NCBI GenBank assembly: GCA_030167865.1
Contig: JALAGF010002141.1
Location: 62,001-124,773, forward strand
Length of the DNA stretch: 62,773 bases
Reading direction: 5' to 3'
From: Craspedostauros australis
Taxonomy: Eukaryota
Shown here: positions 1-10,609 of the stretch, piece by piece
Layout: the number at the start of each line of letters is the position of its first letter
Numbering within the stretch: the first letter of the stretch is position 1
Position numbers and translations under genes: made by a program
The notes under the pieces: generated by a model
Database searches by the model: none
What the model was told of the DNA's origin: nothing
Seen by the model: the letters and a program-made list of their open reading frames with translations, nothing else

Positions 1-2
1 AC

Positions 3-2378
3 GGCAAGGAGTACGCGATGCTGAAGAAGTACGTGGAGAACACGAGGAACGCGACCGCCGAAGGCGTCAGCGGTTGGGGTGGCAACGACTGGGGAAGTCG
101 CGGCCTGCGCTTGCTGGACGTTTTCGAGGTGGAACGCGAGGGAGAGGCGCCAAGATTCGAATCGTCCAAGGCGCTTGGCAACAGACGGTTGCTCTGGCAC
201 GGAAGCCGCATCAGTAACTACAGCGGTATCCTCAGCCAAGGATTGCGCATCGCGCCACCGGAGGCACCTGTGAGTGGTTACAGGTTCGGCAAGGGTATCT
301 ACTTCGCCGATATGCTCGGCAAGAGCGCGAACTATTGCCGCACCAACGGATCGTCCGAGATGCTCGTGATGGCGTGCGACGTCAGTTTGGGCAAGGCATT
401 CGAGACTCCCCATGATATGTACATGGACAAACCGCAGAAGGGCACCAACTCCACTCACGCATTGTCCGAAATCATCCCAGACCCAGACACCTATGAAGAG
501 ATCCAAGATGACCCCAAGGAAGACAACACGATGGACGATACCAATATGGTGAAGGTCCCGTTGGGGAAACCCATCAAGTCCTCCCTTGCGTCGCAACCGA
601 GCTGCGATGTGAGCGAATTCATCGTGTACGACATCGGCCAAGTCAACATTCGGTACCTCTTGCGTCTGACAACGAGCGATGAAACTGTCGCAGCAGACGA
701 TGCAGAAGCCGAAGACGAGGTGGAGAACGAAGCCGACGCCAAAGCCAAACCCGCCAGTGACGCCAACGACGACAATGGTGACGACGCAAAGCCTGCTGCG
801 AAGAAATCGCCGCCGAAACCATCAACAAAAGTACCTGCAACCGCAACCGCCACTTCCACCCCCATTGCTGCCAAGGCTGCGCCTGCGCCTTCTCCCAAGC
901 GGAAGCGTGCACCCAAGAAACCAAAAGCAGCTGCTGCGGCTGCAGCGCCCAAGTCGCCCACTAAAAGCGGCGGCGCCAAGAGCAAAGCGAAGCCCGCAAG
1001 CAAGCGCGCCAAAATGGCCCACGTGCCTGCAACCGCTTCTGCTCCTGCATCGGCCAAAAGCTCCATGAGCAAGTCTTCCACCACTAAGGCCTCCACCACC
1101 GCCAAGAGCCCCACCGCCAAAAGCTCCAACGCCAAGACCCCCAAGAAGGCAGTGACACCTCCTTCATTCATCGCACTGGAGAAGGAAGACACTTCCGTGC
1201 CATCGCTCTCAGGCGAGAAAGTGATCGAAAGCCTGACATTTGAAGGTGGTCTGCGCATCACGCTTGTCAAGGGTGACGTCGTGGAGTCCAAGACTGATGC
1301 AATTGCTGTATCATGCGATGACAAGCTGCAGCCATTGGGTGCAATTGGTACACGTGTGAAGGCGGCAGCTGGGCCCGACTTTGTGGCCGAGATTGATGCG
1401 CTGGTGCCTCCACCACCTAGTCCAACCGTGGCACCAGTCGTCGTCAGAACCAGCCCTCCCGACACCAAGCTCCCAGCCAACTTCAAGAGGATCTACAGCG
1501 GCCCAACCGCAGACACAATCCGCAATGTCATCATGGATGCTGACGAAGAGTGGGAGGATATGTTCTACCTCGTCGAGCAGACGGAGAAGTTGTCTTCCAA
1601 CGACGAAATCGTTTGCATCGAAGCCGATGGCACCTTCCGCAAGGGCGAGGAGGCGAGGAAGTTGCTGGGAGTCGGACATAAGCGCAACGAACACATCACC
1701 ATGAAGCAAATCCCAACAGGCGCGGAAGTGTACGTCCAAAGCAGCCCGCATCGGCGCATCAAGCCGCGCACGCCAATCCTTTTGGAACAGCTGATGCCCA
1801 TGTCAGATGATGAAGATGACGCTGCTGCTGCTGCTACCACCGCCACTCCTGCTGATGCTAGCACAGCTCCAGCCGTGGCGCCTGCGGTCGCAACCGCATC
1901 TGCGCCTGCATCTGCAGCACCACCGAAAACAACCGCGGCGTCCAAACCAGCAGCTCCCGCCAAGCCACTTGATTTGAAGATGACAGACGTCCACGCACTG
2001 AAGGGCCATTCCCTTGCCGCCTCCACCGTCATCAGCGTCGTCGAACTGAAATGCCCAGCCAGCCAACAGAAGAAGGGCAAAGAACTGCTGACGATGGCAG
2101 TGATGAACATGCTGAAGAAGTGCGCAGAGCTGAAGTTAACAAGCATCGCACTTCCCGGCTTCGACGTCGTTGGATCGACAATCAAGAAACGCGACACAGC
2201 CATGTGCACCATCAAGGCCATCGCAACATACTTGGCAGAGGCCAACGCCAACGACAACTCCAGCGCAAAAGGCTCCGGCAGCAGCCAGCCCATCAAGGAA
2301 GTGTGCTTCTGCATTGGGCACGCCCGTTCAGTTCAAGCCTACCACCAAGCCATGCAAAGCCAAGACCGTCCGGAGTAA
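3..2378 (+). CDS. Poly(ADP-ribose) polymerase (PARP1/2/3-type catalytic domain) fused to a C-terminal split macrodomain; 5' end lies upstream of the window
   Basis: Frame is open from nt 3 (GKEYAMLKKYV...). PARP signature LLWHGSRISNYSGILSQGLRIAPPEAPVSGYRFGKGIYFADMLGKSANYC and EFIVYD give an intact H-Y-E triad. A K/A/P-rich linker follows, then macrodomain motifs (ITLVKGDV..KTDAIA; later SIALPG, IKEVCFC). Confidence 0.92.
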   Translation, partial: GKEYAMLKKYVENTRNATAEGVSGWGGNDWGSRGLRLLDVFEVEREGEAPRFESSKALGNRRLLWHGSRISNYSGILSQGLRIAPPEAPVSGYRFGKGIYFADMLGKSANYCRTNGSSEMLVMACDVSLGKAFETPHDMYMDKPQKGTNSTHALSEIIPDPDTYEEIQDDPKEDNTMDDTNMVKVPLGKPIKSSLASQPSCDVSEFIVYDIGQVNIRYLLRLTTSDETVAADDAEAEDEVENEADAKAKPASDANDDNGDDAKPAAKKSPPKPSTKVPATATATSTPIAAKAAPAPSPKRKRAPKKPKAAAAAAAPKSPTKSGGAKSKAKPASKRAKMAHVPATASAPASAKSSMSKSSTTKASTTAKSPTAKSSNAKTPKKAVTPPSFIALEKEDTSVPSLSGEKVIESLTFEGGLRITLVKGDVVESKTDAIAVSCDDKLQPLGAIGTRVKAAAGPDFVAEIDALVPPPPSPTVAPVVVRTSPPDTKLPANFKRIYSGPTADTIRNVIMDADEEWEDMFYLVEQTEKLSSNDEIVCIEADGTFRKGEEARKLLGVGHKRNEHITMKQIPTGAEVYVQSSPHRRIKPRTPILLEQLMPMSDDEDDAAAAATTATPADASTAPAVAPAVATASAPASAAPPKTTAASKPAAPAKPLDLKMTDVHALKGHSLAASTVISVVELKCPASQQKKGKELLTMAVMNMLKKCAELKLTSIALPGFDVVGSTIKKRDTAMCTIKAIATYLAEANANDNSSAKGSGSSQPIKEVCFCIGHARSVQAYHQAMQSQDRPE

Positions 2379-2776
2379 CAAGGGCAGGCCTGGTGCAGGC
2401 TCAGCAGCAGTTTACATGGCCATGTTACGCAGCCACAACCGCTCATCAGGGTGGATGGGTGTGAGGATAATCGTACGTTTGAAGTAGTAGGCACTGGACA
2501 GTGCATGGAGGTGACTGGGGATGCCGCAATGCATTTTAAGTTTAGCACAAGTAGGATTAGTTGTTGACGCAACAGAGTGTATGGCAGTAGGATAGATCGC
2601 ACGCGCAGCAGCACAACTTTGTAGCTCATCACATGACAGGGAGCCTGTGGCAAATCCCAGGAAAGGAGAGAAGTGCGCAGGCACAAGGCACTGCCCACAA
2701 CAAGCGCCACAAAGGAAACTGTTCCTGTAGTCTGACTCATACAACTCCGAAACGGGAGCTCGCGGAGGCAGCAGGA

Positions 2777-2806
2777 TCATCATCATTATCATCATCATCA
2801 TCATCA
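2777..2806. repeat. (CAT)n microsatellite
   Basis: atcatcatcattatcatcatcatcatcatc upstream of the 2970 ORF. Confidence 0.8.
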
Positions 2807-2969
2807 TCTCGTGTTCGCACGCTCTCCTCCAGATTCACTCTATCCTATTCTATTCTATTCTATCATCGCAAGCGCCACTCTCAGAAGTACAACAGCGAGC
2901 ATCTGTCACTTGCCACCTTGCCAATCGTGAACCATCTGTCACAATACGACCTGCTCATCCATCTCAACG

Positions 2970-3422
2970 ATGCAGAGCATGTTGCGCAAACTGGTGGAGC
3001 TGACCCATTCGCACCCCAAGTCCATCATGGCGGGGTCGATGGGATTGACGGTCGGATCGGGCATCATCCTCTACAACCTCGTGGGCCGACAGCAGCAACA
3101 CGAGCTGCGCGCGCATCTGCACAAGAATAAGCGACATCCCATGACGCCGGAAGAGGCCAGGGTGCGGGCCATGATCGAGCAGGCGAAGGAGTCGACGTGG
3201 CAGGAGAACTTGGATCGTGCCTTTGCGGCGCAGGATCGGTTCATGCTGCCGGGCAGGGACTTTGGATCGTCGCCCAAGTTCGTGAAGCAGATCGATGAAC
3301 GATCCCAGCAGCTGTTGCAAAAAGATGAGAAGGAACGGGAGGACAAAATGGACAAGGATGCTGACGGCATACTGAGAAGGAGGCGCATCACGGCGTTGTT
3401 CTGGAATGATGATGCGAAGTAG
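2970..3422 (+). CDS. Hypothetical 150-aa protein with one N-terminal hydrophobic segment
   Basis: ATG-initiated ORF with GC3-rich coding-like codon usage. Hydrophobic stretch IMAGSMGLTVGSGIILYNLVG followed by a charged helical C-terminus. No family recognised. Confidence 0.7.
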   Translation: MQSMLRKLVELTHSHPKSIMAGSMGLTVGSGIILYNLVGRQQQHELRAHLHKNKRHPMTPEEARVRAMIEQAKESTWQENLDRAFAAQDRFMLPGRDFGSSPKFVKQIDERSQQLLQKDEKEREDKMDKDADGILRRRRITALFWNDDAK

Positions 3423-3770
3423 CCTGCCGCGACGGGTGTGGTGGCTTTCGAAAAGTCACAATGTATTGTACGAGCTACTCGTAAGTGTATAGTAGAGAGG
3501 CAGCCGAAACGGTCCACGATGCGTTGTTCAAACAAAACGAAATGAAATGGCATGGGCAGGTGCCGGCAATGCCTATGGCTACGATCCAGATCCTCCCACT
3601 GCACGAATATGTACTCAGTATTACAGTGTTAATGTTTAATAGAGTAGTGTGGAGCAGCGCAGGCACTATCTGGACACCTTGCTCATTGTTCGTAGGCCTG
3701 CACATGAACCATATGTGCTATGGGCGCATGCAAATAGAGTGCTTCGCTATCGATACGCCGCACTCACTCT

Positions 3771-5352
3771 CTAGTTCTGTGTGAAGTTGTAAATGACGCC
3801 ACCGAATCCAACCGCAAGCACGATGCACATGATGTCGACCATGAGCTTGTCGCTGGCGCGTCCCACCTCCTCCAGGGTCTCCTTCATGCGCTCGTTGACC
3901 TTGGAAACGCGCTCGATGTTGTTGGAGATCTTGCGATCGACGTTATCGAGCATCTGGTTCTGCCTTGTGACCTCCTCGCCTTGCTGCTGCGCGATTTCGG
4001 CCAAGTCCTGAATACCCTCGCCAATCTCATCCAGCTGCAGATCGAACTCGGCATCTCGTTGCTCCAGTTGCATGATCTGCTGTTGCTGAGAGCTTGTCAA
4101 GGCTGAAGCATCGTATGTCGGTATTGTGCGTATGGTGCGTATTGCATACATCGTGTTTGTTGTTGTTGGAGTTATTGAGGATGATATGTGGCATCGCACG
4201 AGTAACAAAAGGAAACACGGGCAGGGACAAATATCAGCGATGGCGGCAGTGATCATTGAAGCAAGAGTATGTGTGAGATGAAGCCTGAGATGTATGTATG
4301 TACCGGTGGCAGTGTGTTCATGATATTGCCGCTGGTATCCTCTCTTCAACAGTGTGTTGCAAGCTTGTCGGAACAACGCTTGCAAAGGAACACTCATCTT
4401 CAAGACAGACGGGTAAAGTATGTGTTTGCGCAATGAACGAACGTACCAACTCCTCCTCCGGCACCTCCCCAGGAAGCTCCCTTGTTGTTACCTGCGCAGA
4501 AAGACGAATGGGCGAAGAGATACGTGGAGGAGTGGAACGTGCAATCAGCAAGTGAGGGATCGGATGAGTGAGTGGGAGAAAATGAAATAAAGTGCCATGC
4601 ACAACTACACAAAGTACGGTAGGTACCACCAGAGCAATGGCAGCAGCAGCGACAGCAACAAACCAAGAAACGCCAATGCTCGAACAACACAGAAGGGCAC
4701 AACACAGTACCATACATCACCGCAATGGAGCACAACACAACATCATGTAATACAACATACTACAGCACAACTCAAAACGCAAGGTATGCAACGTACCTCC
4801 AGCATTGTAGGCCAATGCCTTCGTATTCAAGGCCACCGCAGCATCCGGAGTGCGGCTGCGCGCATATCCCTTCATCTGCACTTCCTTGACCTTCTCAATC
4901 TCGCTGTACAAGCGCTTGACGAGCTCCGCCTGCACTTCGAGTTCCTCAGTGGTGAACTTGCTCTTCTTCTTGCGCGCCTCCTTCTTGTAGATGCCATCCA
5001 GCTCGTTCCATTCGTCCGTCGCCTGCCGGATCTGCTCCCGGACCTCGGCCTGCATCTTGATGATCTCCTTGGCGTTGTCGCCACCGTAACCGGCCCCCTC
5101 GAGCTCCTTCGTGTCCTTGAGCAGCTGGTGGATGGCCTTGAGGCGGTCCAGCACGGCAGTCTTGAGCTGCAGGAAGCGGGATCCCTTCTTCTCCGTCCTG
5201 CGGTTGCCGCTCGTGCCCATCACGGCCACGTTCTCCGCCTTCGCGCGCTTGTCCTCCTCAGTGGACTTGGGCTTGGCTCCCAGATCTTCCTGCATGGCGT
5301 ACAGCTTGGTCAGCAGCACCGTCAGGTCCTCATCTGATTTCGCGTTCGGCAT
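3771..5352 (-). CDS. Qc-SNARE / syntaxin-like protein (SYP7/Stx8-like), 3 exons, about 310 aa
   Basis: Exons 5352-4797, 4491-4447 and 4102-3771 join in frame through GT-AG introns (...YNAG-GNNKGASWGGAGGGV-ALTSSQQQQ...). SNARE heptads RDAEFDLQLDEIGEGIQDLAEIAQQQGEEVTRQNQMLD. C-terminal TM anchor IMCIVLAVGFGGVIYNF. Confidence 0.88.
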
Positions 5353-6543
5353 GGCGTCGGTTTGTTGTCACGAGTAGTTGGTAGTGTGGTGGTGTGGTAT
5401 CGTGCAGAATGGTCTTTGCTTGTGCGGTGTGACCGTCCGTCGGAGCGTGCGTCTCTGGTGTTGCTTCTTCTTTGGCTTTCTGATCTCGTCCTCAAGATCA
5501 AGAGTGCTATTATACGACTATTGTTCTGCTCCAATGCTTCCGTCCTTCTTGTGATCTCTCCAATGGTTCGCAACTTCTCAACAACCCTTTGATGCTTCAA
5601 TGATGCGCCTCCGTTGACTCTTGCTTCGAGCAACTCGTTGAACTCCCTCGTCGTTTCGGTTTGTGTGACCGTTCAGCCACAACGGCATTCGTGCCAACAT
5701 CGCGAAGAAACCATTGCCGTTCCCAATTTCGCCTCCTGTTGCCGTTGTTCGTGTTGCTTTCTTTTTGCCCTGCCCTTGTGCTTGTTGCGTCGTGTTGTTG
5801 TCTTTGTCGTTGTGTCGTGCTTTTTGAAGTGCTCGATGACTCGTTGGACCGCATAGGCAAGGTGGAGCCAGATGTCGCTTCATTCAGTCACTACCGACTC
5901 GTGATTGGATGGATTCACAAAATCGGCAAGTTGTCAAAATCAACGCCAACTCATCAACAAGGACGCTGCTGACAATGGCGATCCTTTCGGCTACCAACTG
6001 GTACGCTCATGACGCTGATGACCAGAAAGAAGGTGGGACGCACCACGAGTCATATGCATATATTCATGAAGTATAATAGTCAACACTATTGGAACTGCGC
6101 ACGAAGGAAAGATGATTCGAGGCGCAAACACAACGATCCGCACGACCCGTACTGCTCTGCGGTTGCGACGATGATCGATGGGTTCTTCATGAGAACATGA
6201 ACCGCAGCTTTCGCAAAGGATCCGCGGAGGCTGCAATCATGTAATAGGACAGTGCATGAAGTGTTAGATCGTCAGGCATTTCGTTCTCTGGCAATGAACG
6301 TTGGCGCCGACGATGGCGTCAAGCTCTGTCATGGTCGCTGCGATCTACACGCGTTCAGCAGTATACATCTGTTATGGGAGAGTGGCATTCGCTGGTTCCA
6401 TTGCGCTGTTGTTGTCGTGTGTCATTCATTCTGTCACGGGGACGACTTCATTCTACGAGCTACTCCCACTATATGTATGTTTCACCAACCATTGAATCCC
6501 ACCCTCCGTATCCCCACCTACTTCCACAAAAGAGTACTCTGCC

Positions 6544-9410
6544 TCAACCATCATCCACGAGCACGCAATCGTTTGGAAGCGGACCGGTGCTTTGTTCGAT
6601 GCACTGGTTTTCCACAAAGTTGATACCATCGTCAGTCGTTTCGGCCCGGCCACCAACGCAGCAGATTCGGCAGCATCCGCAGCAAACCCGCACTTTGCCT
6701 GCGTCATTCTTGTTGCAATCCATGGCGATGGTGGTGTCTAATTGAACTTTCAACTCGCAAACGTTGGCTGGTGGCTTGTCGGACATGAGGTTGTGCGACG
6801 CGTCCAGGAGCTTGACCTTTTCCCAGACGCCGTACGAGGAAGGGACCATGCCGGTCAGGATGTTGTAGGAAACATCGAAGAATTCTGATGTGTGATGGGT
6901 CAAGGGCGAAGAATACACCAACAACAGAACAATGCGTCGAAGCCAGAGGGAAAGGATGAGTGAGAAATAGTGTTCGGTGTGACTTCTCCAGCCCTCGCTA
7001 ATGGCTTCTACAATCATCTGTACTCGTGCATATAATTGCAGTTGCCATGTAGAGGCATAGCGTGTGCAGCGTCTGAACACCATCTGTCCATATGTACCGT
7101 TTTTTTTCTGGACTTACCGAGATGAGCTGCGTAGTTCTCGCCAAGCGACGATGGCAGCGTGCCCGCCAATGAGTTCTGCGAGATGTTAAAGGTTTGGATG
7201 GTGGACAAGAACGCCAATTCCGACGGTATCTGCACGCCGTGCATGTCATTCTGGGACAGAACGAGGCCGGATACGTACGATACGGCGACTGGGAGATCCG
7301 CAGACGGCGGTATCTGCCAGCATTCCACGCCGTGCCATGAACACCAAGCGGCCCCACCCGCCGGTGTATCACCTTTGGAACGGAACACAAGCGTCGTCAG
7401 TGGCGAAGACGTTATCGAAGGGTCCATTGTCGCGCTGTCATCTACGAGAGTGGACAAGTCATCTTCCCACCCGTCGCGTTGGAGCCATTCCGATGCGCCG
7501 GTCGATAGGTAGAAGGTTGCCAGCGCATAAAGCTGCTGCAGTTCCATCACTCTGCCAGCATCACTCAATCGAGCTTCAATGCGCTCGGCTTCGTCTTCGG
7601 GAAAACCGCAGGTCTCATCGGGGCAGAGCCATTCGAAGACCAGTTGCTGAGGTGTGCCTGGCGTCGCGATATTATCGGTGGTCGAAGAAATGTCTTTGCT
7701 GTCGGAATAGGCATTCGGAGAGAGCAAGAGCATGAGGCTGAGCATCAGATTCAACTCGGTGGGCGAGGCCGATGGCGACATGGTGGTGGGAGACGAAGTT
7801 TGGATCACCCGAAGTGATCCATCGTCATCGGCTGATGATTCGGGTGGGTAACTCGTGACCAACATCACGACAATCGCAACAACAATGATGACGATGGTGG
7901 TCAGGACCACGCATCCCACCATCATGCAGAGGATGCGGATCTTCGTCTTTGCAGATTCCGATATCTGTTCCCCATCGGCGTCGTCTCTTTCGCTGCTGTC
8001 GACACTTGCTTCCTCCTCTCGAGACTCTACCTGCGGAACGCCAATGCAATCCGCCATGGCCATCCGAATGTGAATATTTTCAGAGAGATTCACGGTGCCG
8101 TTTCCACCGTGCGTCGAAGCAGCTTGTTCTACCCGGGCCACAAGTGGAAGTCCCTGTGGCCTATCCGGATCGCCGGTGCTCGCTCCGACGCCAGCAGTAT
8201 CTTCTCGGGCTGCCATGGTCCTGGGACCGGTGCTCACATTCGTGCCTGCTCCGGCAAGGTTATCGCCATTGGAATCTCTGCCCGAAGTGACGTAGAAACC
8301 ATCATCTTCATCATCGGCGGTCTGCCCGGCTGTACCATCAATTCCCAAAACGCGAACTGCGCCGGGTGCTGCTTCAGCCACCATTGCAGCACCCTGAGAT
8401 TCCGCAGTGCCAAGGGATTGCCTGCTTTCCAAACCTGTGTGCGGCGCAACCCTTGCTTTCGTTCCATCATGTTGCTCCGAATGGTCACGCTCTGATTCGA
8501 CATCTTTCTTGTTCTTCTTGTTCTTCTTCAGCTTGGGTTTAGACTTGGACGTCGATGTGGATTTCGATTTTTGTTCCTGTTTCGAATCGGATCGGAGCTT
8601 CGCACTTGACGGTCGCTGGAGAGGTTGTGCGGCATGCCGTTGTAGCGGTGGATGAAGGTGCTTTTGCGTGGGAAACTGTGCTTGCTGCCTGGGTTCTTGC
8701 GTCGCAAAGACACTGGAATCCTGCCGCCTCGCCGTGAGCTGAAGTATCTGGTCGGTCGTCGTCATCACGCCAGGCGAGACAGGCTCATGTTGGGGACTCG
8801 GAGACGTCGCATTCTTGTCCTCTGCCTTGCTACGGCGAGGGATCCTGGGCTGTGTACTTTGCGGTTCTGCGTCGCCAGTGGCTGAAGCTGCAGTTGCAGT
8901 TATGCCTTGGCTTGCATTGGACGTGGTGGCTCTATTGGCATCAGAGACGCTCTCAACCATCCCACCGTTGTGATTCTTGGAGCTGGCCTTCCTTTTGTTT
9001 GTGCCATTGCCTGTCTGCTTCTGCTTCTTCTTGTTCTTCTTCCTCTTCGACGACGGAGCCGTGTTTGATGCTGAAACCTGCCCCTTCGGGTCCTGATCAG
9101 CTTGTTCTCCAGCTTGTTCTTCCACCTGCCTTCCATCCGCGGCCGCACCCAAGAGCTTGCTTGCCGTGTGCTGTGGGCCGAGCGACCGTTGATGGCCTGA
9201 AGCGGTACTCCCGCCATGGGACGTCCCTGGGTTACAAGTATCGGTGCTTGCGGGCACGGCATCGCGATCTGCACCCTGGGAGATCTCCTGGCTGCTCTCA
9301 TTTCGCGAGGAGACGGTATGTTGCGATACGAAGAGAGACCCCGAATCCGCAACGACGCCGGAGGGCAATCTCGTCAACCTGAGGACCTGATCTGTCGTCA
9401 ACTCCACCAT
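6544..9410 (-). CDS. Single-pass membrane leucine-rich-repeat protein (diatom LRR receptor-like), 2 exons, about 877 aa
   Basis: Exons 9410-7118 and 6884-6544 (donor G|GTAAGT, acceptor CATCAG|) are in frame. Long disordered N-terminus, TM ILCMMVGCVVLTTIVIIVVAIVVMLV, cap QLYALATFYLSTG..W...WCSWHGVEC, plant-type LRRs (LSQNDMHGVQIPSELAFL, ISQNSLAGTLPSSLG, VSYNILTGMVPSSYG) and Cys-rich end CCGCCRIC. Confidence 0.88.
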
Positions 9411-10609
9411 ACTGCTTTCCTATGCCTCTGTCTATGCCTTCTTCCTGTTTGTTGCTGTGCTGTGCTGTGCTGCCTTTCCGTTCGCCGACCGCGCCGCTCG
9501 TTGCGATGATAGTGCTCGCGCTGGTGAAGGGGCTTGGCACGCAGGCGTCCGTTCATCAGCGCACTCGTTGTCGTACACGACCTACAATACGTGTTGCGCT
9601 CTACTGAGGCGTCGCGAGGGGAGTGCTCGTGAACGGCATGGGTGTGCCGTCGAGAACATCAACAAGTGCACATCGCGCGAGTGCTCCCGAGCATGCTCGA
9701 TTTGTGCTTGGTTGCCGGTCACCACCGAGTCACGGTCGTTCTCTTCGTCTCCTTCTCTCTGCTTCTCCACACTTTCATCCCTTGCGTGTTGCCTTCTGTT
9801 GTCTTGTTCGCCTGTGCTTTTTCTTGCTGCTTCGTGTGCGTGTTTTTGTTCTGTGGAATTGCGCCCGCCGTCGCGGATCGCGGAACGAAGCCAAACACGC
9901 TGAGGAAGACTCTGTCTGTGTTTCGACTGATACGACTATGAAACGACCCATGGACATTGCACACCCATTCTTACAGACAATAAAATGATGTGCTTGCTCA
10001 TGACCAACCATGACTGCAGCTGTTCTTTGGCGTTCGCTCTTGGGGACTGTTGTTGAAGTTGTATCACGAATGTCGTAGCAGATTTTGGCACGGCCACCGA
10101 GAATTATCGTCATGGGCGTGTTTTGGGTGCGTTCCATGCCGCTCACGTTGACGCAAGTACTCTATGAGCTGAGCGAGGTGGCGCCACCAAAACCACGAAG
10201 AAACGATCCATCATTGGCGTTTCACACAAACTGGTTGGCAAAACCATCAATGCATCCATCGCGTCTGGGTGCCTGCAACCAGAGCTTCAACTGCGCCAGT
10301 TCCATCATGATCCTTGTTGGGGTTGACCTTCACTTTACTTGGCGCGTTCCGGGTGACTCTCATGTTGCAAGGGTGTGGCCGAACGCGACGCAAGAGATGC
10401 TCGCACCGAGGCAGCCCTGAGGAAGGAGGCATCGGACAGTCGACCTCTCAGAACATTCGAACATCCCATCAGCTCTCCCTGTTGATGCCACCAGGGCTGG
10501 CGATACCCCAGAGACACGCTCCGTCACAAATCAGCGCCACGCCAGACCTCCACAAGTGGTCCGAAACGACATCGGCATCCACCTCGACTTCAAGCTCAAG
10601 CCTTCGATC

